This document shows, in pieces, positions 33,054-42,759 of a DNA stretch of 64,000 nucleotides. A program made the translations under genes and the position numbers. Numbering within the stretch: position 1 is the first letter of the stretch; every line of letters begins with the position of its first letter. This stretch comes from an uncultured Chloroflexia bacterium (GTDB lineage: Bacteria; Chloroflexota; Chloroflexia; QHBQ01; JADMIH01), in the NCBI GenBank assembly GCA_963797095.1, contig CAWCNY010000005.1, positions 480,001 through 544,000 on the forward strand, written 5' to 3'. Below the pieces are notes generated by a model, which did not search any database, had not been told where the DNA came from, and saw only the letters and a program-made list of their open reading frames with translations.

Positions 33054-34376
33054 TCACCCATACCGCTCTATCAGCTTATACACACACTCAACCCCGAACT
33101 CCAGCGCGTCCACAGGCACCCGCTCGTCCGAGTCGTGCACCGTCCTCACCAGCAAATCGTCGTCCGGCATCTTCAAAGGCGTAAACCCGTAGTTCTGTAT
33201 CCCCAATCTAGCGAAGTGCCGCCCGTCCGTCACCCCTGGCAGTAAATATGGCACAGGCTCCCCCTCCGGGTCGGCCTCGCGCATGATCCCGGCCAGCGTT
33301 TCATACATGCTCATGTCCGCCTCCGCCGGATAATAATCGTATCGCACCACCTCAAACTCCACATAATCCCCCACCATCTCCCGCAACTCGGCAAGCGCAT
33401 CGTCAGGCGTAAACCCCGGCAGCAGTCTCCCGTCCAGCATCACCGTAATCTCGCTGGGGATAACGTTTACCGCGTGCCCGCCCTGCACAATAGTAGGGCT
33501 AACCGTGTTGTGCAATATCGGGGCAATAAGCATCCCCATTGGCCCCAGGGCATCCAGCGCGCTATCTGAAGTCGCCGGATCAAGCAGCTTCTCGAACGCA
33601 CCCGACATCGAAGCGGGCAGATTCCCCCCGAACCCACGCAGCATCTTCTCGACCACAGGCGTAATATGTACGGGCAGCATCTTCTGGTCCAGCGTGGTCA
33701 GAAACCTCCCCAGCTTCGCCATCGCCCCGCCGCGCCTTGGCATCGATCCATGCCCTCCCGACCCCCGCACGGTCGCCCTGATCCTGCAAATCTGCTTCTC
33801 CCCCACCTGGATCGGGTAGAACTTCCGCCCCGCGATATACATAGTCTCTCCGCCCGACTCCCCTATCGAATACTTCACCCCCGCGAACAACTCAGGGTGC
33901 TCCTCGGCCAGCCACTTCGCCCCGAAATCCCCGCCCTGCTCCTCATCGCTCACCACCGCCAGCAAAATATCCCCGGCAGGCACAAACCCCTCCGCCTTCG
34001 CCCGCAACACCGCGCAAATCATATTAGCCACAGCACCCTTCATATCGAGCGCCCCCCGACCCCACAAATACCCGTCAACGATCTCCCCTCCGAACGGGTC
34101 GTGCTGCCACGCTTGGTTGGCCGTAGTCACCACATCCACATGCCCATGCATCAACAGCGGCGGAGCCTCCCCCCGCCCCTTCAACCGCGCAATAAGATTC
34201 GGCCTCTCAGGCACCCTCCCCTTCACAACAGTCTCGATCCCCACCTCCCGAAACAACCCCTCCACATAAGCCACACATTCAGCCTCGTTCCCAGGCGGAT
34301 TGGTAGTATCGAACCGCAACAGATTCTGCAACAACTCAACAGGCCGCCTATAAATATCATTCACTACATCGCTCAT
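33054..34376 (-). CDS. M20 family metallopeptidase/deacylase (ArgE/DapE/Acy1-like)
   Basis: HGHVDVV, GRGALDMKG, DEEQGG, GHGS, TDGRHF, HDSDER. Confidence 0.92.
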   Translation of the reverse strand: MSDVVNDIYRRPVELLQNLLRFDTTNPPGNEAECVAYVEGLFREVGIETVVKGRVPERPNLIARLKGRGEAPPLLMHGHVDVVTTANQAWQHDPFGGEIVDGYLWGRGALDMKGAVANMICAVLRAKAEGFVPAGDILLAVVSDEEQGGDFGAKWLAEEHPELFAGVKYSIGESGGETMYIAGRKFYPIQVGEKQICRIRATVRGSGGHGSMPRRGGAMAKLGRFLTTLDQKMLPVHITPVVEKMLRGFGGNLPASMSGAFEKLLDPATSDSALDALGPMGMLIAPILHNTVSPTIVQGGHAVNVIPSEITVMLDGRLLPGFTPDDALAELREMVGDYVEFEVVRYDYYPAEADMSMYETLAGIMREADPEGEPVPYLLPGVTDGRHFARLGIQNYGFTPLKMPDDDLLVRTVHDSDERVPVDALEFGVECVYKLIERYG

Positions 34377-34521
34377 CGAAATCTCCTATCTAAAAAATAC
34401 CGGACAGCCGCGTCTCCAATCGAAAAACGCCCGCAACACAAGCAGTGTATAATAGCATATCCAAATACATCCCACCCCACCAAAAGCCAACCACCGACTA
34501 CCGACTACCGACTACCAACAA

Positions 34522-35490
34522 ATGCACTCCCTCACCCTGGGCTGCGGAGTCTCCGGCCTCTCCACAGCCATCCGCTTCCTCGAATCCAACCCGGCTAACA
34601 CCGCCGAGATATGGGCGCGCGACCTCCCGCCCGACACCACCTCCAACATCGCCGCCGCCATCTGGTACCCCTATCTCGCCCTCCCCTATGACCGCGTGCT
34701 CGCCTGGGGCAAGCGCACCCTCGACCTCTTCTACGACCTCGCCGCCGACCCTTCCACAGGCATCACCGTCCAGGAAGCCGTCGAATATTTCCGCCAGTCC
34801 ACCGCCCCCGACCCCTGGTGGCGCTCCTCCGTCCGCCAGTTCCGCTACCTCCAACCCGACGAAATCCCCATCGCCTTCGCCAGCGGCTACCGCTTCGAGA
34901 CCGTCGTCATCGAAACCTCCATCTACCTCCCCTACCTGATCAACCGCTTCCAGTCCCTCGGCGGCACCGTCCACCCACGCGAGATAACCTCCCTGGACCA
35001 GGCCACCTCCCACTCCCCCATAGTATTCAACTGCACCGGCCTCGGCTCCCGCACCCTCCTAAACGACCGCCAAATGTTCCCCGTGCGCGGCCAGATAGTC
35101 CGCACCACCAAGCCCTCTTCCCCCATCGCCTACCTCGATGACAAAGAAGACAACATGGGCGTCTTCGCCTACATCGTCCCCCGCTCCGACGACTGCATCC
35201 TCGGCGGCACCGCCCAAATCCTCGAACGCCTCAATAGCCATTCCCTCGACCCTCAACCCAAAATAGCCGACCGCATCCTCAAACGCTGCGAATTCATGAG
35301 CCACGAGGTCCCCCACCTCAAAGTGCTCGAACACAAAGTCGGCCTCCGCCCAGGCCGCTCAACCGTCCGCCTCGAAGCCGAGCATACCCCCTCAGGCTCC
35401 CTGGTAGTCCACAACTACGGCCACAGCGGCGCGGGCGTCACCCTCTCCTGGGGCTGCGCCGAAGAAGCGGTCTCCCTCACCCAATCCTAA
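34522..35490 (+). CDS. D-amino acid oxidase family FAD oxidoreductase
   Basis: GCGVSG, NCTGLG, PVRGQ, GLRP, HNYGHSGAGVTLSWGCA. Confidence 0.9.
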   Translation: MHSLTLGCGVSGLSTAIRFLESNPANTAEIWARDLPPDTTSNIAAAIWYPYLALPYDRVLAWGKRTLDLFYDLAADPSTGITVQEAVEYFRQSTAPDPWWRSSVRQFRYLQPDEIPIAFASGYRFETVVIETSIYLPYLINRFQSLGGTVHPREITSLDQATSHSPIVFNCTGLGSRTLLNDRQMFPVRGQIVRTTKPSSPIAYLDDKEDNMGVFAYIVPRSDDCILGGTAQILERLNSHSLDPQPKIADRILKRCEFMSHEVPHLKVLEHKVGLRPGRSTVRLEAEHTPSGSLVVHNYGHSGAGVTLSWGCAEEAVSLTQS

Positions 35491-37004
35491 CCAAATACCC
35501 TCCGGTACAACTCCACCTGCCGCTCCATCCCCCTCCTGTACCTCTCATGCCGCCCCATATCCGGCTCGAACACCTCCCCAAACTCCGCCTCCACATCCTC
35601 CCACCCCCCAATCAAACCCAATTCCCGCAACACCAGCATAGCCGTTCCACGCGAGCTAGCCTGCGCCTCCCCCGAAGCCGTCACCCCCACCCCCAGCACA
35701 TCCGCCAGCACCTGCACCCACCCCTCCACCCCCAGCAGTGCCCCGCCGCTAGCCACGATCCTCCTCACAGGCGGCAATACCTCCCGCAACAACTCAAACA
35801 CCAACCCGAACCGGTAAGCCATAGCCTCCTGGCAAGCCCGAACGACCTCAGCCCTGCTGCTAGCCAGCGACACCCCCGCGATCACCGCCCGCGCCTCCCC
35901 CCGCCACCCAGGGCTCCTCTCCCCCGCCACAAATGGCAGCACCGTCAGCCCGTGCCCATCAGGCCCCATCCGCGCCACTTCCCTCTCCAACTCAACCCTC
36001 TCCCTTTCCCCCACTCCCCACGTCCCATACAGCCAATCAAACAGATTCCCACCCTCCGAAAGCGCCCCACCCACCAGCGCCGTCTCTCGGTCCATCCTGT
36101 AGCACCACAATCCCTGCGGTATCTCCCCCACCTCCCCCCTCACCAGCGCCCGCATCGCCCCACTCGTCCCCACCTGCACCGCTACCTCCTCCGGCCCAAT
36201 GCACCCGCTCCCCAGGTTACTCGTCACCCCATCCCCCGCACAAGGGAACCACGGCCCATCCTTCAGCGCGGGCCACCGCTCCCCAAACTCCCCCCTCAAC
36301 CCTCTCATCGCCTCCCCCACGTCCACCAGCAACGGCAATCTCCCACAATCCAACCCGACCACCCCCAACATCCCCCCGTCCCAATCCAAAGTATGCCTGT
36401 TCAGCAGCCCACCCCACGACGCTACCGACAAACTCTGCCGCGCCTCCCTAAACAACCTCATATAAACAAGATCCCCCACCGACACCCACTTATAAACCCT
36501 CCCAAACACCTCCGGCATAGTCCGCTTCAGCCACAACAACCGCGCAGGCAAATAAGAGGTATGTACAGGACACCCCGTCCGCTCCCGCACCTCCTCCTCA
36601 TCCAGCTTCCCTCTCAGCTCGGTTGCCTCAGCCGAAGCCCGCGTATCCGCCCACGTATAAACAGGCGTCACCACCCCACCATCCCTATCCACCCCCACTA
36701 CATTCGACACCAACGAGCACATTCCCACCCCCGCTATCCGCCCGCCTACCTCCACCCCAGCCTTCCCCAAAGTCCCATCCACCGCAGAAAGAATAGTCTC
36801 AAGCAACTCCTCTCCACCTATCTCCACCCCGCCATCCCCCGTAGTCCGCACCTCGTAAGTGATCTGCGTCTCAAACTCCCCCAACCGCCGGGCACCCCCA
36901 TCAAACAGGTTAGCCCGCACCGACGACGACCCCACATCAATCGCCAGCACCACCAAACCCTCCCCAGAACCCGCACCCCTACCTACCATCAAACCAACCT
37001 CCAA
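35487..37004 (-). CDS. gntK: gluconokinase (FGGY carbohydrate kinase)
   Basis: IDVGSSSVRA, TWADTR, GTSGAMR, GLWCY, GGALSEGGN, GERSPGW; start uncertain. Confidence 0.8.
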   Translation of the reverse strand: MEVGLMVGRGAGSGEGLVVLAIDVGSSSVRANLFDGGARRLGEFETQITYEVRTTGDGGVEIGGEELLETILSAVDGTLGKAGVEVGGRIAGVGMCSLVSNVVGVDRDGGVVTPVYTWADTRASAEATELRGKLDEEEVRERTGCPVHTSYLPARLLWLKRTMPEVFGRVYKWVSVGDLVYMRLFREARQSLSVASWGGLLNRHTLDWDGGMLGVVGLDCGRLPLLVDVGEAMRGLRGEFGERWPALKDGPWFPCAGDGVTSNLGSGCIGPEEVAVQVGTSGAMRALVRGEVGEIPQGLWCYRMDRETALVGGALSEGGNLFDWLYGTWGVGERERVELEREVARMGPDGHGLTVLPFVAGERSPGWRGEARAVIAGVSLASSRAEVVRACQEAMAYRFGLVFELLREVLPPVRRIVASGGALLGVEGWVQVLADVLGVGVTASGEAQASSRGTAMLVLRELGLIGGWEDVEAEFGEVFEPDMGRHERYRRGMERQVELYRRVFG

Positions 37005-37019
37005 TCTATAACCACAATA

Positions 37020-37172
37020 ATCTCCGCGCCCCCTGGGCCTCCGCGGTAACTAACAACTAACAAAATACCTTCGTGCCCTCCGTCCTACTTCGCCTCTTCG
37101 TGTACAAAACCAAAAGAACCTCTGTGCCTCTGTGCCTCTGTGCCTCTGTGCCTCTGTGCCTCTGTGGTTCAA
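37020..37172. repeat. cluster of 8-9-nt repeats (CTTCGTGCC-like; CTCTGTGC x5-6)
   Basis: Read directly from the sequence; the related CTTCGTG...GTACAAAA motif recurs at 40723-40766. Confidence 0.85.
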
Positions 37173-37210
37173 ATCCACCAGCGCATAGAGTGCGACCACC
37201 CAACCCCGCT

Positions 37211-38257
37211 CTAATCCTCGATCTCAGGATTAGCCCTCATGATATCTTCCGCTATCTCCCAGATCCTGGGAAGAAACGCCTGCACCTCTTCACTACGCTG
37301 CGCAAGGTCGGCGAGCGATGTAATGCCAAGATCACTCAGGAGTTGCCGGTAGCCTGGACTGAACCTATCTTGCACCTCGGCGGGCGCATCCTGGTACAAC
37401 ACCTTCTGGCACCTGGAATAAGTCACAGCCATCCAGAATATAGCCTCCCTATGAAACCCGCGCTCGATAAGCTCGCGGCTTCCGTCTATTGCAACAGAGC
37501 GGCCAATATCGCTGATATCCGCGGCGAAAACGAGCGGCGTCCTTATCACCCTTTTTGCAGCATCGAATACCTCGGTAAGCGCCTCAAGGTGGTACGCGAC
37601 ACGTTCCGGACCCATCCGGGCGCACCCAAGCAACTCCAGGAGCGTATTATATAAGCCCAGGTGTCCATAATCCTCCAGCAGTTCTCGCACCGCGACGTAT
37701 CGTTTCCGAACAGTTGGATTCCTCAAGCCGGCCACGAGCAGCATATGCGTTGTCACCCCGGTTCCAAACAGCCATGAGGTAACCTGATCGTGGAAAAGCT
37801 CCCATTCGTTCAAGCTCCGTAGATGCCCCAGCACCTTGGCCTTGGCATGTTCGCAACGCTTATGGACCCATTTGCGCTTTGCATACTCCTCGGCGACCAC
37901 CGCCTGTAGCTCGGCAAGGTGTCCTGTCGGGTCCAACATGATACTCGCTCCCCGAAAGCTCCCCGCCAGGTGCGATACCCCCAGCACCTGCTCAGGCGAC
38001 CGTATCGCATCACTCCCTATGTAGCTGACTTCAAGCAAAACATCCCTGAAGATCAGCTTCCCCCTTCTGCCAGGTCCGCTCCCACTACCCTCTTGTAAGA
38101 CGATCATGACATCGACATCAGAAGTAGCAGGCATTACGGCATCATCAGCAAGCCAGTTTATCGAACCGTGGTAGAAAGCACCCTGAAAGCCCGTCACATT
38201 CGCGACCTCTTCAATCACCCATTGCCGGGCCACGTCCTTAGCATATCTAACCAACAT
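37211..38257 (-). CDS. hypothetical protein with Pol-beta-type nucleotidyltransferase motif
   Basis: FYHGS-x13-SDVDVMIV and later LLEV. Confidence 0.65.
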   Translation of the reverse strand: MLVRYAKDVARQWVIEEVANVTGFQGAFYHGSINWLADDAVMPATSDVDVMIVLQEGSGSGPGRRGKLIFRDVLLEVSYIGSDAIRSPEQVLGVSHLAGSFRGASIMLDPTGHLAELQAVVAEEYAKRKWVHKRCEHAKAKVLGHLRSLNEWELFHDQVTSWLFGTGVTTHMLLVAGLRNPTVRKRYVAVRELLEDYGHLGLYNTLLELLGCARMGPERVAYHLEALTEVFDAAKRVIRTPLVFAADISDIGRSVAIDGSRELIERGFHREAIFWMAVTYSRCQKVLYQDAPAEVQDRFSPGYRQLLSDLGITSLADLAQRSEEVQAFLPRIWEIAEDIMRANPEIED

Positions 38258-38482
38258 AGTTACTCTACCTACCTATCGTCCTTCTCCCACCAACTCCTCC
38301 TAGCCACTTGCCACCCTCCCGAAAACACATTGTTCGGTATCAAGAAGATATCGTTAGCAAGCGCCAGCATAGCCTCCCCACCGTAAGCAACCCATATACC
38401 CGTATCGCCTCAGTAGTCCCGCGCAAACCCATCTATCTTGCCCTCACCAACCCCACACCACGCGCTCTCATCCACGCATCGC

Positions 38483-39103
38483 TCACCTCAACAGGAACTC
38501 CCACAGCGAAGCCACGAGAAACAGCGGCACCACCAGCAAATAGATCCTTCCTATGTCCCTGATCGCCTCCTTCGAGAACCCAAGCCACTTCTCCCCTTCA
38601 TACTCCGCCCTCGCCCGCCACGCCGACATACCAACGTTCACCCCCGCCCCTCCCGCCAGCGAATACGGGATCAACTGCAACACCAGTGTGCTCAAATAAT
38701 AAGCCGCCTCACCTGGGTCCGAAAGCCTGCTCGTGTGTGCCTCGTCCGTATTCACCGACACAACACCCCCAATCCAGCCCCTGAAAGCCACCAGCGGATA
38801 AGCAAACACAACCCCCAGCCCCGTCGCAGTGCTCGGCACAGCCCCCAGCAACAGATTCTCCCCAAAATCGAACAGCGCCGCCCTCAACCTATCGCCCTTC
38901 TGCAAAGCAATCGCCGATGCATCCGACGCCTCCGCCTGCGCTACCAGACTATCAGCATAGCTCAGCGCAAACTCGTTCCCGGTATGCACCAGCACCACCC
39001 CTACCGCCACCGACACCGCATACACAACAGCCACGCTCAAAATCGCCGACCGCGCCCTCCCTACCGCCCGCCACGCCAGGTAGAACATATTCCCCACCTT
39101 CAT
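38483..39103 (-). CDS. SpoIIM-like membrane protein
   Basis: Several TMs; GWIGG, QLIPYSLAGGAG, ASLWEF. Confidence 0.65.
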   Translation of the reverse strand: MKVGNMFYLAWRAVGRARSAILSVAVVYAVSVAVGVVLVHTGNEFALSYADSLVAQAEASDASAIALQKGDRLRAALFDFGENLLLGAVPSTATGLGVVFAYPLVAFRGWIGGVVSVNTDEAHTSRLSDPGEAAYYLSTLVLQLIPYSLAGGAGVNVGMSAWRARAEYEGEKWLGFSKEAIRDIGRIYLLVVPLFLVASLWEFLLR

Positions 39104-39140
39104 CTCGCCGCCCTCCACACCACCCACGCCAACCCTCCAC

Positions 39141-39941
39141 TCACAAACCAGGCATCCGATAAACAAACCCCGGCCCACCCTTATAAATTCCGCCGTCCAC
39201 GTTCACACACAGTCCTCCCGCGTACACCAGCGGCCCCGTGATATTCTCATATTTCTGCCCCGTCACCTTCCCGATCGGTGTATGCCCGTGCACAATCTGG
39301 TGCCCGCCGTATTGCGCCAGGAATTGCAGCGCGTTCTCTCGCCCGTCCGCATTCCAATCCGCGAACGCATCCCTCCCATTGAAACCCTCCAACATCCGGT
39401 CCCACTCCTCAGGATTGCGCCGCCGCAGCAGCGCCCTGAACGCCTTATTCACCTCCGGCGCGCTCATCCCGTACTCGTAATACAACATCGCGTCGGCATG
39501 AATAAACCGTCTCTCATCCACCAGCAACATCGCGGGTAGCGCGCATATCCAATCTATATGCCGCTTCTCCAATCTCTCCAGGTCTGCAACCTGCCCACCA
39601 TTGCTTAGCCAATCCGAATAAAAATCTCCGCTCCAGTTCGCGAACGAGTAATATTGCCTCCCGAAGAAAGAAGCCCCCAGGATACACATCTCATGGTTTC
39701 CAAACAGACAAAGCACTTCCCCACCGGCCTCGATACCCTCCCTCTCCAACCTCATGATCAACTCCACCACACTTATCCCATCTGGCCCCCTATCAAACAG
39801 GTCCCCGATAAACACCAGCGAAGAGTTATCTCCTGCCCATCGCAACTGCGGATTCAACAACCCCTCCTCGCGCAACAATTCAACCACCCTATCATAGTGC
39901 CCATGCACATCTCCCATAACAAACACCGGTGGCCTCATCAT
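39141..39941 (-). CDS. metallophosphoesterase (calcineurin-like, PPP-type)
   Basis: GDVHG, GDLFDRG, GNHE, HA, HGHT; the ATG at 39941 has an RBS, so the longer start in the ORF track is unlikely. Confidence 0.9.
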   Translation of the reverse strand: MMRPPVFVMGDVHGHYDRVVELLREEGLLNPQLRWAGDNSSLVFIGDLFDRGPDGISVVELIMRLEREGIEAGGEVLCLFGNHEMCILGASFFGRQYYSFANWSGDFYSDWLSNGGQVADLERLEKRHIDWICALPAMLLVDERRFIHADAMLYYEYGMSAPEVNKAFRALLRRRNPEEWDRMLEGFNGRDAFADWNADGRENALQFLAQYGGHQIVHGHTPIGKVTGQKYENITGPLVYAGGLCVNVDGGIYKGGPGFVYRMPGL

Positions 39942-40607
39942 ATCGTCCCTTTCCAACAACCCTGCTATGCTAAAACTCAAGCTACTATACGCCAAACCCC
40001 AGGTACGCTCAACCCGTATCCCACGCTCCACACAAATAACCATACCAATGGCTACTTGCAAACACAGAACAAGTGTGCTAAGATCCAATACAAGAAGTAC
40101 TTTCAACCTCCCTGCCGCGCAGCATGGAGGACATAGAGACAAGACTGGTGTCCCTGTGTTACTTGCGTTTTGCACCTTACCAGAGGCACAAACCAAGAGA
40201 ATGGTCAGCCAAGAGTCGATGGCTCTCTCAACACCATCCCACCGCTCCGGTCTCCCACCTCCGGCCCCTAACGGGACCAACACGGAGCAGTAATCCAGTG
40301 TGCATTCGTGTCACACCCTCTAAAGGCAAGAGGAACCCTGCGCCACAAGTACCAGTTGCGCCACAGGGACACCATCCCAAAAGCCAACCCAACCGTGCCC
40401 AACTAACGATGACCCACAAGCAAACGAACCAGGAAACGCCCTGCCATCCTGAGCGAAGGATCTCGCTCTAAAAGATCGCACTTTGGCAACCAACCAACCC
40501 ACAGAGTGCCCACACCAAGCAAGGTCCCCCCACAACGCAAAAGTCAAGATGAGTTTCCAGCAAGGCCATCCTTAGCGAAGCACAATAACCAACAACCAGA
40601 CAGAAAA

Positions 40608-40652
40608 GGAAGAGGGTGCATAAGGGCCCAAAACCCCTATGCACCCTCTTCC
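40608..40652. repeat. 15-bp-stem inverted repeat
   Basis: GGAAGAGGGTGCATA ... TATGCACCCTCTTCC. Confidence 0.8.
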
Positions 40653-40669
40653 CCATACCCACCAATCGA

Positions 40670-40895
40670 CACTCCGCACTCCGCACTCCGCACTCCCCAC
40701 TCCCCACTCCCCACTACAAAAACCTTCGTGCCCTTCGCCAACTCTTCGTCCCTTCGTGTACAAAAACCCCAACTAAGCAGTACGCAGTACGAAATACGCA
40801 GTACGAAATACGCAGTACGAAATACGCAGTACGAAATACGCAGTACGAAATACGCAGTACGAAATACGCAGTACGAAATACGCAGTACGAAATAC
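40670..40895. repeat. heptamer arrays (CACTCCG/CACTCCC) and GCAGTAC plus (GCAGTACGAAATAC)x8
   Basis: Read directly; 40777-40895 = 17 heptamers. Confidence 0.95.
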
Positions 40896-40953
40896 CAAAC
40901 CCCCCTTCGGACAAATGCACAAAACCACCCACCAAACTTCTACATCCCGCACA

Positions 40954-41014
40954 TAGACAAACGTTTTCCACAGTGATATACTGCCCACAGTAGGTGAGCA
41001 TAATACTCGCCTAC
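40954..41014 (+). promoter_or_regulatory. glnA promoter and leader hairpin
   Basis: TAGACA-17-TATACT, then GTAGGTGAG/CTCGCCTAC stem. Confidence 0.55.
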
Positions 41015-41052
41015 ATTATTTTTGTGGAAATGTCCGAAAGGAGATACCTACA

Positions 41053-42465
41053 ATGGTCCAGGAACTCTTAAGACCAAACCCCGCCTCCACTCGCCGTTGG
41101 ACCCCCGAGTTTGCGGGCAACAAACCGGGCGAAGTATCCAAGCTCATCTCCGAAGCCGAGAAAGAAAAGGTCCGCTTCGTCAACCTCCAGTTCGCCGATC
41201 TCATGGGCATCGTCAAGTCCGTCGCCATTCCCCTCCACCAGTTCGAGGACGCCTGCATCAATGGCAAGTGGTTCGACGGCTCCTCCATCGAGGGCTTCGC
41301 CCGTATCGCCGAATCCGATATGTTCCTCGTCCCCGACCTCTCCACCTGGGCCATCATGCCCTGGGAGCGCGCCGACAAGTCCACAGCCCGCGCCATCTGC
41401 TGGGTCTACAATCCCAACGGCGACCTCTTCGAAGGCGACCCCCGCATGGTCCTCGCTCGCGCCATGGACTACGCCGCCAACCTCGGCTACAAGTTCAACA
41501 CCGGCCCTGAGCTTGAGTTCTTCCTCTTCAAAGATAGATTGGGCGACATCTCCTCCGCCACCCATGATGTCGGCGGCTACTTCGACCTGACAGGCGACAT
41601 GGGAGCCGATGTGCGCAAAGACATGGTCAACGCCCTCGAAGGCATGGGCATCAAAGTCGAGACCTCCCACCACGAAGTCGCTCGCGGCCAGCACGAGATC
41701 GACTTCGAGTATGACAACGCCCTCTCCACCGCCGACAACGCCGTTACTCTCAAATACACCCTCAAAGCCATCGCCGCCGAGCATGGCCTCCACTGCACAT
41801 TCATGCCCAAGCCTATCTTCGGCATCAATGGCTCCGGCATGCACACCCACCAGTCCTTCTCCGACATCGAAGGTGAGCGCGGCAACCTCTTCGCCAACGA
41901 GGACGATCCACAGTACGGCATCTCCACCCTCGCCCGCAAATACATCGCCGGGCAGCTCAAGCACGCTCGGGGCATGTGCGCCATCCTCGCTCCCCTAGTA
42001 AACTCCTACAAGCGACTTGTCCCAGGCTACGAAGCTCCCGTCTACATCTCCTGGGCGCGTGTCAACCGCTCCGCCCTCATCCGCGTTCCCAAGAACCGCC
42101 CAGGCAAGACCGCCGCCGCCCGCATCGAGCTTCGCTGCCCCGATCCCTCCTGCAACCCCTACCTCGCCTTCGCCGTCATGGTCCGCGCAGGCCTCGATGG
42201 CATCGAGAACGACATCGAAGTCCCCGATCCCGTCGAGGAAAACCTCTACCACTTCGATGAGAGCGAGCGCCTCCGCCGCAACATCAAGACCCTCCCTGGC
42301 TCCCTCTACGAAGCCCTCCAGGAGATGCAGAAAGACGACCTCGTTCGCGAGACCCTAGGCGACCATATCACCGACCGCCTCCTCGAAGCCAAGACCGAAG
42401 AGTGGAACGAGTTCCGAATGCGCGTAACCCAATGGGAGCTAGACCGCTACCTCGATATGTACTAG
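41053..42465 (+). CDS. glnA: glutamine synthetase type I
   Basis: FDGSSIEG, GPELEFFLF, HHEVARGQHEI, FMPKP, NGSGMHTH, NSYKRLVPGYEAP, RIELRCPDPSCNPY. Confidence 0.97.
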   Translation: MVQELLRPNPASTRRWTPEFAGNKPGEVSKLISEAEKEKVRFVNLQFADLMGIVKSVAIPLHQFEDACINGKWFDGSSIEGFARIAESDMFLVPDLSTWAIMPWERADKSTARAICWVYNPNGDLFEGDPRMVLARAMDYAANLGYKFNTGPELEFFLFKDRLGDISSATHDVGGYFDLTGDMGADVRKDMVNALEGMGIKVETSHHEVARGQHEIDFEYDNALSTADNAVTLKYTLKAIAAEHGLHCTFMPKPIFGINGSGMHTHQSFSDIEGERGNLFANEDDPQYGISTLARKYIAGQLKHARGMCAILAPLVNSYKRLVPGYEAPVYISWARVNRSALIRVPKNRPGKTAAARIELRCPDPSCNPYLAFAVMVRAGLDGIENDIEVPDPVEENLYHFDESERLRRNIKTLPGSLYEALQEMQKDDLVRETLGDHITDRLLEAKTEEWNEFRMRVTQWELDRYLDMY

Positions 42466-42538
42466 ACCACCTAAGCACAACACCAATCTGCCAACATAAA
42501 ACATCCAGAATTTCAAATACAGGCATGTGTGCAATCTG

Positions 42539-42591
42539 TTTCTAAAAAGGCAAAAATGGCGGCCTTGCCGCCATTTTTGCCTTTTTAGAAA
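42539..42591. terminator. perfect 25-bp-stem hairpin after glnA
   Basis: TTTCTAAAAAGGCAAAAATGGCGGC-CTT-GCCGCCATTTTTGCCTTTTTAGAAA. Confidence 0.65.
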
Positions 42592-42759
42592 GCCCCTCCC
42601 CCAAAATTGGGAGAGAGGTTGGGGCGGGGTCTTGTCACATCCTGATGTTCTCCCAAGCACGATTTCAAAATTCGGTCCGGCTCAGGTACGATACCACCAA
42701 CACACTTTGCTGTATAATGGCATTGCCACGCTACAGGCTGCGAACCGGAGCGCAACACT

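Noticed and set aside
35547-37049. 500-aa Pro/His/Gln-rich ORF and similar shadow ORFs (33666-34598, 38438-39241, 12605-14443)
   Set aside because: Antisense to well-supported genes; explained by stop-codon scarcity from C-rich skew or codon bias
37164-37180. GTGGTTCAAATCCACC as attR copy of the tRNA-Leu 3' end
   Set aside because: Short gapped match that forms the end of the CTCTGTG repeat; lacks the acceptor-stem sequence; no integrase
39942-40283. Long N-terminal extension of the metallophosphoesterase
   Set aside because: The domain starts at MMRPPVFVMGDVHG with its own RBS; the extension is intergenic sequence
40170-40300. c-di-GMP, glnA or ydaO riboswitch, or 6S/SRP RNA
   Set aside because: Consensus motifs not matched; kept only as an unassigned structured candidate
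40963-41031. DnaA boxes / oriC (TTTTCCACA, TGTGGAAAT)
   Set aside because: Only two boxes, overlapping the glnA promoter and leader; no dnaA/dnaN or AT-rich unwinding element
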